Shown here in pieces: positions 19,990 through 28,278 of a DNA stretch of 64,000 nucleotides. The notes beneath the pieces are model-generated. The model had not been told where the DNA came from and ran no database searches. It was given only the letters and a program-made list of their open reading frames with translations. The stretch is from Ichthyobacteriaceae bacterium (GTDB taxonomy: Bacteria; Bacteroidota; Bacteroidia; Flavobacteriales; JADGDT01), in assembly GCA_016744755.1 (NCBI GenBank), contig JADGDT010000004.1, positions 3,617 to 67,616 on the forward strand, read 5' to 3'. The translations under genes were made by a program, and so were the position numbers. Each line of letters starts with the position of its first letter. Position 1 is the stretch's first letter.

Positions 19990-21261
19990 ATGAACATTCT
20001 TATATTAGGATCAGGAGGTAGAGAGCATGCTATTGGCTGGAAATTATCTCAAAGCCCAAAAGTCTCCAAACTATTTATAGCTCCTGGCAATGCAGGAACA
20101 AAAAGTATTGGAGAAAATATTGACGTTTCTGTTAATGATTTTGAATCTATTTCTGAAGTTGTATTAAAAAACAATATAGAAATGGTAATTGTAGGGCCTG
20201 AAGATCCCCTTGTAAAAGGTGTTTATGATTATTTTGCAAATGATGAAAAGCTGAAACACGTTGCTGTAATTGGTCCATCTAAAGCTGCCGCCGAACTAGA
20301 AGGCAGTAAGGAGTTTGCAAAAGAATTCATGATGCGTCATAATATTCCAACTGCAGCATACAAAAGCTTTACTGTTGATACTCTTGAGGATGGCTATAGT
20401 TTTCTTGAAACCCTAACACCTCCATTTGTATTGAAAGCTGATGGTCTTGCCGCAGGTAAAGGAGTATTAATTTTAGAAGACATAAACGAGGCTAAATTAG
20501 AATTAAAAGCCATGCTTGCTGATTCTAAATTTGGAGCGGCTTCACAAAAAGTAGTAATAGAAGAATTTTTAGACGGTATAGAACTTTCTGTTTTTGTACT
20601 AACTGATGGTACTAACTACAAAATTCTACCAAATGCAAAAGACTACAAACGTATTGGCGAAGGCGACAAAGGATTAAATACTGGAGGAATGGGAGCAGTA
20701 TCGCCTGTGCCGTTTGCAGATGAGGTTTTACTTAAGAAGGTAGAAGAAAGAATAGTTAAGCCAACCATAAATGGTTTTACCAAAGATGGACTTATTTACA
20801 AAGGATTTGTTTTTATTGGCTTAATAATGGTTAATAACGAACCACTCGTAATAGAGTATAACGTTCGTATGGGTGATCCTGAAACTGAAGTTGTTATCCC
20901 TAGAATAAAATCAGATCTTTTTGACCTTTTCGAAGGAGTAGCAAATGAGAACTTAGACACAAAAGAAATTGAAATAGACCAAAGGTCTGCTTGTACTGTG
21001 ATGATGGTTTCTGGTGGTTACCCCAAAGCTTACGAGAAAGGTAAAGTAATACTTGGACTTAATAATGTTGACGACTCCATAGTTTTTCATGCAGGAACAA
21101 AATCAGAAGGAGATAAAATTATTACAGCTGGCGGTAGAGTTTTAGCTGTTACTTCGTATGCTGATAGTTTTAAAGAAGCATTAAAAGAGTCTTACAAGAG
21201 CATTGACAAAATTAGATTCGACAAACATAATTATCGCACCGATATAGGTTTCGATTTATAG
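19990..21261 (+). CDS. purD: Phosphoribosylamine--glycine ligase
   Basis: MNILILGSGGREHA start and ATP-grasp motifs. The start is moved to an internal ATG 18 codons inside the tracked ORF. Confidence 0.95.
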   Translation: MNILILGSGGREHAIGWKLSQSPKVSKLFIAPGNAGTKSIGENIDVSVNDFESISEVVLKNNIEMVIVGPEDPLVKGVYDYFANDEKLKHVAVIGPSKAAAELEGSKEFAKEFMMRHNIPTAAYKSFTVDTLEDGYSFLETLTPPFVLKADGLAAGKGVLILEDINEAKLELKAMLADSKFGAASQKVVIEEFLDGIELSVFVLTDGTNYKILPNAKDYKRIGEGDKGLNTGGMGAVSPVPFADEVLLKKVEERIVKPTINGFTKDGLIYKGFVFIGLIMVNNEPLVIEYNVRMGDPETEVVIPRIKSDLFDLFEGVANENLDTKEIEIDQRSACTVMMVSGGYPKAYEKGKVILGLNNVDDSIVFHAGTKSEGDKIITAGGRVLAVTSYADSFKEALKESYKSIDKIRFDKHNYRTDIGFDL

Positions 21262-21283
21262 AAGACAGTACATAAAAGCAAAA

Positions 21284-21318
21284 AAAAGGGTTATCTAAAA
21301 TTTTAGATAACCCTTTTT
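21284..21318. terminator. Bidirectional rho-independent terminator
   Basis: AAAAGGGTTATCTAAAA/TTTTAGATAACCCTTTTT palindrome. Confidence 0.8.
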
Positions 21319-21340
21319 CAATATCAAAAAAAATAGATGT

Positions 21341-21508
21341 TTATTCGATAATATCGTTTTGCTTATACTTATAAAGTTCTATCATCCAATACACGAAAAG
21401 TATTATTCCGATTACTACAAATGAGTAGTTAGGAATATTTTCTACTGCCGTCAATAAATTGAATGAGTATTTAATGATATCTGCAAGCCAAAGCCAAAAT
21501 TCAGTCAT
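21341..21508 (-). CDS. Small hypothetical membrane protein (55 aa), absent from the ORF track
   Basis: ATG...TAA ORF encoding MTEFWLWLADIIKYSFNLLTAVENIPNYSFVVIGIILFVYWMIELYKYKQNDIIE, with one clear TM helix. It ends 23 nt before the 21284-21318 terminator. Confidence 0.35.
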   Translation of the reverse strand: MTEFWLWLADIIKYSFNLLTAVENIPNYSFVVIGIILFVYWMIELYKYKQNDIIE

Positions 21509-21646
21509 AGTAGTTTAGTTTTAATGATGATAATCACAAAAGAACAAAATTAAATTCATGTTGACAAGGTTTTATTTAGTACAATTAATTTTATTTTGTA
21601 GTGACTCAATACATCATTAAAGAATACTATTAATCTAAAAAAAATG

Positions 21647-21654
21647 TATTTTTG
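21647..21654 (+). promoter_or_regulatory. Candidate -7 box TATTTTTG
   Basis: Matches TAnnTTTG and lies 50 nt upstream of the HMG-CoA reductase ATG. No clear -33 TTG. Confidence 0.3.
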
Positions 21655-21703
21655 CGTTCACCTAAAGATATTATCTTAAAGTGAAAATATTAAAGAAATA
21701 AAT

Positions 21704-23065
21704 ATGTCAGAAAAAATAAAAGGTTTTTCGAAACTGTCAAAATTGGGAAAAATAGAATGGATTGCAAACAAACACTTCAGCAACCCAACTAAAGCAATAG
21801 ATGTTTTAGAACAGTATTGGAATGAGGATGAAAAATTACAAAAGCTTCACGATGAATTTTCTGAAAATACAATTTCAAATTTTTACATGCCTTTTGGTAT
21901 TGCTCCAAATTTCCTCATAAATGGAAAAATGTATGCCGTACCTATGGCGATAGAAGAGAGCTCTGTTGTTGCTGCTTCTGCTAAGTCAGCATCATTTTGG
22001 TTGGAAAGAGGTGGTTTTAAGTCCGAAGTACTTTCTATGAAAAAAGTAGGACATGTTCATTTTATCTACAATGGAGAGGAAGAAAAACTAATGAATTTCT
22101 TCGCGAAAAATAAAACTAAATTCTTCGAAGACACCGAAGATATTACCAAAAATATGAGAGTTCGTGGAGGGGGAATCCTCGACTTGAGAATAAAGAATAA
22201 ATCTTCTATAGAAGATGGATATTATCAGCTTGAAGCCAATTTTGACACTAGAGATTCAATGGGGGCAAATTTCATTAATTCTTGTTTAGAGGTTTTTGCT
22301 CAAACTTTGGAAAGAGAAATTGCAATTGATTCTAGTTTCTCACAATCAGAAAAAGATATTCAAATTGTAATGAGTATTCTTTCTAACTACACTCCCGAAT
22401 GTGTTGTTCGTTCGGAAGTTAGTTGTACTGTTGAAGAATTAGTAGATGGAAGTGGAATTACCGCAGAAGAATTTACTACAAAATTTTCGAGAGCTGTACA
22501 CATTGCAGAGAAAGAACCTTATAGAGCGACTACTCACAACAAAGGAATAATGAATGGCGTTGACGCTGTAGTTATTGCAACAGGTAACGATTTTAGAGCA
22601 GTGGAAGCTGCTGCACACACCTACGCAGCAAAAGACGGTAGTTATGGTAGTTTATCGCATGTTGAAGTAAAAGATGGAATATTCCGTTTTTGGATAGAAT
22701 TGCCATTAGCATTGGGAACAGTTGGGGGGCTTACTGCTTTACATCCTCTTGTAAAACTAGCTTACGATTTGCTTGGAAATCCTGATGCTGAAGAATTAAT
22801 GATGATAGCCGCTACTGTGGGTCTAGCTCAGAATTTTGGGGCTTTACGTTCGCTTACAACTACAGGTATTCAGAAAGGGCATATGAAAATGCACCTTCTA
22901 AATATTTTAAATCAACTTGATGCTAGCGACAATGAAAAAAGGTATTTTGTAGAGTTTTTTAAAAATAAGACTGCTACTCACAGTAATGTTGTAAATGAGT
23001 TTTACAAATATAGAGGACTTCCAATACCAAAGGATTCTGATATCAAAGAAAACGGTGCAAAGTAA
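21704..23065 (+). CDS. Hydroxymethylglutaryl-CoA reductase (class II type)
   Basis: 453 aa with EESSVVAA and DSMGANFIN motifs and a C-terminal GHMKMH motif. Confidence 0.9.
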   Translation: MSEKIKGFSKLSKLGKIEWIANKHFSNPTKAIDVLEQYWNEDEKLQKLHDEFSENTISNFYMPFGIAPNFLINGKMYAVPMAIEESSVVAASAKSASFWLERGGFKSEVLSMKKVGHVHFIYNGEEEKLMNFFAKNKTKFFEDTEDITKNMRVRGGGILDLRIKNKSSIEDGYYQLEANFDTRDSMGANFINSCLEVFAQTLEREIAIDSSFSQSEKDIQIVMSILSNYTPECVVRSEVSCTVEELVDGSGITAEEFTTKFSRAVHIAEKEPYRATTHNKGIMNGVDAVVIATGNDFRAVEAAAHTYAAKDGSYGSLSHVEVKDGIFRFWIELPLALGTVGGLTALHPLVKLAYDLLGNPDAEELMMIAATVGLAQNFGALRSLTTTGIQKGHMKMHLLNILNQLDASDNEKRYFVEFFKNKTATHSNVVNEFYKYRGLPIPKDSDIKENGAK

Positions 23066-23979
23066 TGCTAGAAGGAGAAAAGCTACATTTTAGAAGCAAT
23101 GGAAAACTTCTTATAACTTCAGAGTACCTTGTACTAGATGGAGCAGAAGCTTTAGCTTTGCCAACAAAAAAAGGTCAAACGCTAACTGTTAACAAAGTTA
23201 GACTAAACAATATTTACTGGAAGAGTTTTACTGTTGATAATAAAATTTGGTTTGAGTGCGAACTAGATAACAATTTTGATATCGTCACTTCTTCTAATTT
23301 AGAGATAGCAAACACATTAACTATTTTCTTAAAAGTTGCTGCGATGATGAATCCAGATTTCATATCTGAATCTATTGGAACAGAAGTTGAAACACATTTA
23401 GAATTCAATCAATCTTGGGGGCTTGGAAGTAGTTCTACTCTTATTAGCAACATTGCCAAATGGGCTAATGTAGATCCATTTTTACTACAACAAGAAACTT
23501 TCCCTGGTTCTGGTTACGATATAGCATGTGCTTTTAGCAACAGCCCAATTATTTATAGAATATTAGATAAAGAAGTTAGCTATTTAACCACAAACTTCTC
23601 ACCTCATTTTTCTGATGAGATATTTTTTGTACACCTCAACAAGAAACAAAATTCGAGAGATGGAATAAATAAATATAAAGAGTCGAAGTCTGATATCTCA
23701 ACTTCAGCAAAAATAGGATCTAGTTTTACTGATAAATTTGTTAACTGTACCGATGTTGATGGTTATAGAAAACTAATGGCTCAGCACGAATTATTAATTT
23801 CAGAAATTATTGGAGAAATTCCTGTTAAACAAAAATTATTTCCCGATTACAAAGGAAGCATTAAAAGCTTAGGTGCTTGGGGTGGTGATTTTGTGATGGC
23901 TGTTGGATCTAACACCAAAAATTATTTCAAGAGTAAAGGGTATGAAACTATTATTCCATTTAAAGATATGATTCTATAG
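23065..23979 (+). CDS. GYDIA-type GHMP-family kinase (mevalonate-pathway associated)
   Basis: GHMP motif SWGLGSSS and the GYDIA motif. Its start overlaps the HMGR stop (TAATG). Confidence 0.7.
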   Translation: MLEGEKLHFRSNGKLLITSEYLVLDGAEALALPTKKGQTLTVNKVRLNNIYWKSFTVDNKIWFECELDNNFDIVTSSNLEIANTLTIFLKVAAMMNPDFISESIGTEVETHLEFNQSWGLGSSSTLISNIAKWANVDPFLLQQETFPGSGYDIACAFSNSPIIYRILDKEVSYLTTNFSPHFSDEIFFVHLNKKQNSRDGINKYKESKSDISTSAKIGSSFTDKFVNCTDVDGYRKLMAQHELLISEIIGEIPVKQKLFPDYKGSIKSLGAWGGDFVMAVGSNTKNYFKSKGYETIIPFKDMIL

Positions 23980-24008
23980 TATCTTAATCAATCCTAAAAT
24001 CATTCATT

Positions 24009-25775
24009 CTAGTTTTTTCTCAAAGATTGAAACCCTGGTATTTCAGTATCAGAATACAACCATTTATTTACAATATCGTCAATCTCTCCATTAGTACTTT
24101 TATTAAGTTCGGCTACAAAAAACTCAGTAGACAAAGATGCGCCTAAATACATGGAAGCAAAATCCAAAACTTTCTGAAAGAACAACTCATCACCAAAATA
24201 CAACCTTAACGAATGTATAAATAGAGCCCCTCTTATATCAATAGTCATATCGTTAATGTATTCTTCCCCAGGATTAGCTAACTTAAAAGCATGTGTTTTA
24301 AACTCATGGTCTTGCATAGATTTTAAAGTATAAAAACCATCAACTGAAATTTTAAAACTTCCTTTCTTCTGCTCTTTTGCCCACTCCATCAACTCGTAGT
24401 ACGAATGACCATTTTCACATGCATAATCTAAACTATGCCCAAATTTTAGTTTAAAATTATTTTTTATCGTATCTGATACAGTTTCTGTATCAAGTGAAAT
24501 AACTTTAAACAGAAACGAAATTTCATCACCCTTTACCATTTTACTCTTAGATAATTCGCCAAAATTATAAACAACATTACTTATGTCATAGGTATATATT
24601 GGATACGTGTTCATCTGATGCCAATCTATAATCCCCATATATTTACGAGCTTCAACCAGTTTAAAATTCATCATTTTATTAAAATGTACCTTACCAATCT
24701 CTTGCTCAACAATAAGCCATTCCATATATTTCGAGAAGCCTTTTGTTATCCATAAATCTTTATTTTCCTTTACATTAATTTTATTTCCAAACCATTGTTT
24801 TACTAATCCATTGAGTATTTTATTATTAACTTCAGTAGCATCTATAGTAAAATCGTGAGGAATAATTACAGTATTCCTACTGTTGTAAACACCCTTCTTT
24901 ATTATGTCTTTTGTTATTAAAATATTGAAATTCCTATATGGATAATATCCCAAAATGGAATCTAGATAATCCATCTGATTAGGTACATTTTTAATTATAT
25001 CCTTAAAAACTACTGAAGAATCAATAGGTGTGAATTGATTTATTGTTACTCTGGGTGCTAATGCTCCAAAGCCTATTCTAGGGCCAGCTATACTAAATGA
25101 AGTATAATCTTTTAATAGATTTAATGTGAAATTATTAATGCTTAATGTTGATTTTGTACTAATAGAATAATTGTTTTTTCCTTTTTTTGTACTCTTCCCA
25201 AATGAGACTAATTTATAATCGTCAGGAATAGAAATATTAAAGTTGTAATAAGCTCTATCACTCAATATTTCATTTGAAGGGAATAAAAAATAATTTGGAA
25301 GTTCAGCAAAGATAAAATTACCCTCAAAAATAGAATTATCCCATAAATCGGAAATAAGCTCGGTGTTGAAGTATTCTATTTCAACTGTAAAAGCAATGTT
25401 CTTAAGAATTGAAACTTTAGGTTTTATGTATAAATTATGTCCATGTTCAAATTTCCAATCAGCAGACATACCATTAACTTTCAAACTTTGAATTATAAAT
25501 GAATTATGAAAATCTAAATAAAAACTATTAAGATTCTTATGAGATTTAATTTTTATTTTAGTGCTTGCACGTATTAATTTTTTCTCAGGGATAATTTGTA
25601 AATAATCAATATTGTAAGAAAACACATTTATAAATTGATTTCCTTTATCATCTACCGAAGCATCGGATAGTCTGTAAGAAGCATCATAAAACAAACTATC
25701 GTCTACTGACTGTGCAAAAACCAATGAGTTAGTAATAATTATGAGTGCTATAATTAGTAGTTTCTGAATTTTCAT
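24009..25775 (-). CDS. Secreted M1-peptidase-like protein lacking all catalytic and zinc residues
   Basis: Signal peptide. GVYNS sits where GAMEN is expected. NGLVK-QWFGN (aa 322-331) sits where HEXXH-xWFGN is expected. WITKGFSKYME has K345 exactly 18 residues after the second His position. Confidence 0.6.
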   Translation of the reverse strand: MKIQKLLIIALIIITNSLVFAQSVDDSLFYDASYRLSDASVDDKGNQFINVFSYNIDYLQIIPEKKLIRASTKIKIKSHKNLNSFYLDFHNSFIIQSLKVNGMSADWKFEHGHNLYIKPKVSILKNIAFTVEIEYFNTELISDLWDNSIFEGNFIFAELPNYFLFPSNEILSDRAYYNFNISIPDDYKLVSFGKSTKKGKNNYSISTKSTLSINNFTLNLLKDYTSFSIAGPRIGFGALAPRVTINQFTPIDSSVVFKDIIKNVPNQMDYLDSILGYYPYRNFNILITKDIIKKGVYNSRNTVIIPHDFTIDATEVNNKILNGLVKQWFGNKINVKENKDLWITKGFSKYMEWLIVEQEIGKVHFNKMMNFKLVEARKYMGIIDWHQMNTYPIYTYDISNVVYNFGELSKSKMVKGDEISFLFKVISLDTETVSDTIKNNFKLKFGHSLDYACENGHSYYELMEWAKEQKKGSFKISVDGFYTLKSMQDHEFKTHAFKLANPGEEYINDMTIDIRGALFIHSLRLYFGDELFFQKVLDFASMYLGASLSTEFFVAELNKSTNGEIDDIVNKWLYSDTEIPGFQSLRKN

Positions 25776-25884
25776 TTCCTTGGGTTAATTATACTTTACT
25801 AAATCTAAGATAGTAAAAAAAATTAGAAAGTAATATAAGTTTAAAGATCGTCAACCATTTTAAAAAACGGTGACAATTAAACGC

Positions 25885-25914
25885 AAAAAAGGAGCCTACA
25901 ACAGCTCCTTTTTA
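25885..25914. terminator. Orphan hairpin terminator in a 500-bp spacer
   Basis: AAAAAAGGAGCC-TACAAC-(A)GCTCCTTTTT. No tracked ORF reads into it. Confidence 0.45.
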
Positions 25915-26241
25915 TTAACCCTAAAATTACAATGAAAAAACTACAACTCCCTTTCGGGATGAATACAAATGTTACATTTTTTATTTAGACATGCAATTAT
26001 TATTAATTAAAAAACATGATTAATTCAAATACATACAAACGATTGCCTACTAACTATCAACTAGTTACGATTTAAGTGTTATGTCAAAATACAACCTACA
26101 ACATATTGAATCAATATTAGTCGTATTATTCTTACAACAAATAGATTTCAGACTTAATTAACTCTCAAGTAACAATTTAATAACATTGATGAGTAAACAA
26201 ATACCTCAATTAATAAATTAATATTATTAACTGAAAATATA

Positions 26242-26249
26242 TACTTTTG
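26242..26249 (+). promoter_or_regulatory. Candidate -7 box TACTTTTG
   Basis: Matches TAnnTTTG and lies 28 nt upstream of the aat ATG. Confidence 0.3.
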
Positions 26250-26276
26250 GAGAAATAAAAATAAGTAATTCTCTTC

Positions 26277-26948
26277 ATGTATTTATTAGATGACAATTTA
26301 ACTTTTCCACACCCATCTCTCGCAAACGAAGATGGATCTTTGGCAATAGGTGGTAATTTGAATATTGAGAGATTGATACTTGCGTATAGCAATGGAATTT
26401 TTCCATGGTTTGAAGAAGGAGAAGTAATAGCTTGGTGGAGCCCAAACCCAAGAATGGTTCTTTACCCTAACAAGCTCAGAGTTTCTAAAAGCATGAAAAA
26501 AATTATTAAACAAAACTTATATGAAGTTACTTTCGATAAAGCTTTTGTAGAAGTAATGGAAAACTGCAAAGCAATATTTCGAATAGGACAAGAAGGCACT
26601 TGGATAACATCGGATATGAAAAAAGCATATTTAGAATTATACAACAAGGGTATTGCTCATTCTGTAGAAGTATGGGAAGGAGACAAACTAGTTGGCGGAT
26701 TGTATGGAGTAAACATAGGTAAAGTATTTTGTGGAGAATCAATGTTTAGTAAAAAAAGTAATACTTCAAAGCTTGCATTTATTACTTTGGTTAGAAAATT
26801 ATCAGAACAAGATTATCACATGATTGATTGCCAAATGTACACAGATCATTTAGCTAGTTTAGGAGCAGAAGAAATTTATAGAGAACAATTTTTGTCAGAA
26901 TTAAATAAGCATAGAGATTCTAATCCATGGAATTTCAAAGTGGTGTAA
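26277..26948 (+). CDS. aat: Leucyl/phenylalanyl-tRNA--protein transferase
   Basis: 223 aa with FPHPSLANEDGSLAIGGNL and GIFPW motifs. Confidence 0.92.
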   Translation: MYLLDDNLTFPHPSLANEDGSLAIGGNLNIERLILAYSNGIFPWFEEGEVIAWWSPNPRMVLYPNKLRVSKSMKKIIKQNLYEVTFDKAFVEVMENCKAIFRIGQEGTWITSDMKKAYLELYNKGIAHSVEVWEGDKLVGGLYGVNIGKVFCGESMFSKKSNTSKLAFITLVRKLSEQDYHMIDCQMYTDHLASLGAEEIYREQFLSELNKHRDSNPWNFKVV

Positions 26949-26955
26949 GGTAGGG

Positions 26956-27507
26956 TTACCTAAAATCGCAATCTACAAGATGGTCGTTAACCATACCCGT
27001 TGCTTGCATATGAGCATAAACTACCGTAGAACCAACAAACTTAAAACCTCTATTCTTTAAGTCCTTTGATAGTTTATCAGAGATAACTGTGTTAGCAGGA
27101 ATTTCCTCCATTTTCTTCCAATTATTAATTATTGGTTGATGATTTACAAAGCCCCAAATATATTTATCGAAACTCCCAAATTCTTTCCTCACTTCAATAA
27201 ACGCATTTGCATTACTTATGGCTGCTTTAATTTTAAGCTTATTTCTTATTATTCCTGCGTTATTTATAAGTTCGTCAAATTTTGCATCGTCAAATTTTGC
27301 TACTTTTTCGAAATCAAATTGATCGAAAGCTAGCCTGAAATTTTCTCTTTTTTTTAGAATTGTCAACCAACTTAGTCCTGCTTGGAAAGTTTCGAGTATT
27401 AAAAACTCAAAAAGTTTATTATCATCATGAACAGGTTTCCCCCATTCTTTATCGTGATAATTTGTGTATATTTCAGTATTTCCTGCCCAAGCACATCTAG
27501 TAATCAT
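26956..27507 (-). CDS. tag: DNA-3-methyladenine glycosylase I
   Basis: 183 aa with RCAWAG...YHDKEWG and a C-terminal HxxxC zinc motif (DHLVDC). Confidence 0.92.
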   Translation of the reverse strand: MITRCAWAGNTEIYTNYHDKEWGKPVHDDNKLFEFLILETFQAGLSWLTILKKRENFRLAFDQFDFEKVAKFDDAKFDELINNAGIIRNKLKIKAAISNANAFIEVRKEFGSFDKYIWGFVNHQPIINNWKKMEEIPANTVISDKLSKDLKNRGFKFVGSTVVYAHMQATGMVNDHLVDCDFR

Positions 27508-27520
27508 CTTTTAGAAATAA

Positions 27521-27553
27521 AAAATCCTTATAGCTAAATTCTATAAGGATTTT
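27521..27553 (-). terminator. Rho-independent terminator (minus strand)
   Basis: AAAATCCTTATAG/CTATAAGGATTTT 13-bp stem with a T-run on the minus strand. Confidence 0.55.
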
Positions 27554-27556
27554 TAG

Positions 27557-27691
27557 TTAATAATTTATGGTTCTAATTCCACAAGCTAGAAAAAAGTTCT
27601 TAAAGCTTTCTTTATGGTTATTGTTAGCTTCTTTTAGATCCTCCTTTTTGTCTTTTAATTTTTCCTTAATTTTTTCTATTTTATTTTTCAT
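27557..27691 (-). CDS. Possible 44-aa lysine-rich small ORF
   Basis: ATG...TAA encoding MKNKIEKIKEKLKDKKEDLKEANNNHKESFKNFFLACGIRTINY. It ends 3 nt before the terminator. There is no other support. Confidence 0.2.
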   Translation of the reverse strand: MKNKIEKIKEKLKDKKEDLKEANNNHKESFKNFFLACGIRTINY

Positions 27692-27872
27692 GCCTCAATA
27701 TTTTTTTTGGTTGTTAGACTGTTGTTTATTAAAAAAATATTAAAGTTTAGATTAGCATTTTGTACTAATAAAGTATTCATCAATAATGCTATCTGAAACG
27801 TAATGCAAAATAATAAATATAAATAAATTTATTCTAGTGTAAGGTCTATTTTTTTTACAATCATTAATGATT

Positions 27873-28056
27873 CTAAATATGACTAAGAATTAATTGCACA
27901 ACATATACAATGATCTCAACTATTTTTGTATTTGATATTCTGGTGCTCCTATGAGAAAATAGCTTAATACATACATAACTATCATCTGATAATAATTTTT
28001 GTAAAAGTAGACTTCCAGTTAAGCCAGTAGATCCAATTATTATTGCTGTTTTTCAT
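27873..28056 (-). pseudogene. N-terminal remnant of an NAD(P)-binding Rossmann (atypical SDR / NmrA-like) gene
   Basis: The frame from 28052 reads KTAIIIGSTGLTGSLLLQKLLSDDSYVCIKLFSHRSTRISNTKIVEIIV... and stops after 59 codons. The only ATG (28054-28056) is out of frame by +1 across an A5 run. Confidence 0.5.
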
Positions 28057-28096
28057 TCTTTCGAGATTTTAAAAGTTACTTTAATCTAAAATTTAT

Positions 28097-28274
28097 GGTT
28101 CCCTGATTTGTGTGAAAAACAAAAGAGTAGTAGAGTGAAAATTAGATTATAAGATTAGAGTATTACATAGTAAATACAATAGGTACAGTAATCATATAAT
28201 CCTTTAAACCCTTAATGTTTTATTTTCTTAAGGATATAATTTATTCAAATTCCCACAACATTAGTGGTAGTACC
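28097..28274 (-). mobile_element. MITE-like element, copy E2 (178 bp)
   Basis: Ends are GGTTCCCTGATTTGTGTGAAAA (left) and TTCCCACAACATTAGTGGTAGTACC (right). A perfect 8-bp direct repeat AAATTTAT flanks it at 28089-28096 and 28275-28282. Confidence 0.75.
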
Positions 28275-28278
28275 AAAT

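Noticed and set aside
26210-26742. Several 60-71-aa minus-strand ORFs around aat
   Set aside because: They are antisense to, or overlap, the well-supported aat gene.
27561-27590. Sixth MITE-like copy at TAATTTATGGTTCTAATTCCACAAGC
   Set aside because: It shares GGTTCTA and TTCCACAA words and the AATTTATGGTTC junction with E2, but the two words are in the wrong relative orientation and only 8 bp apart. There is no second end and no duplication, so it could be chance or a footprint.
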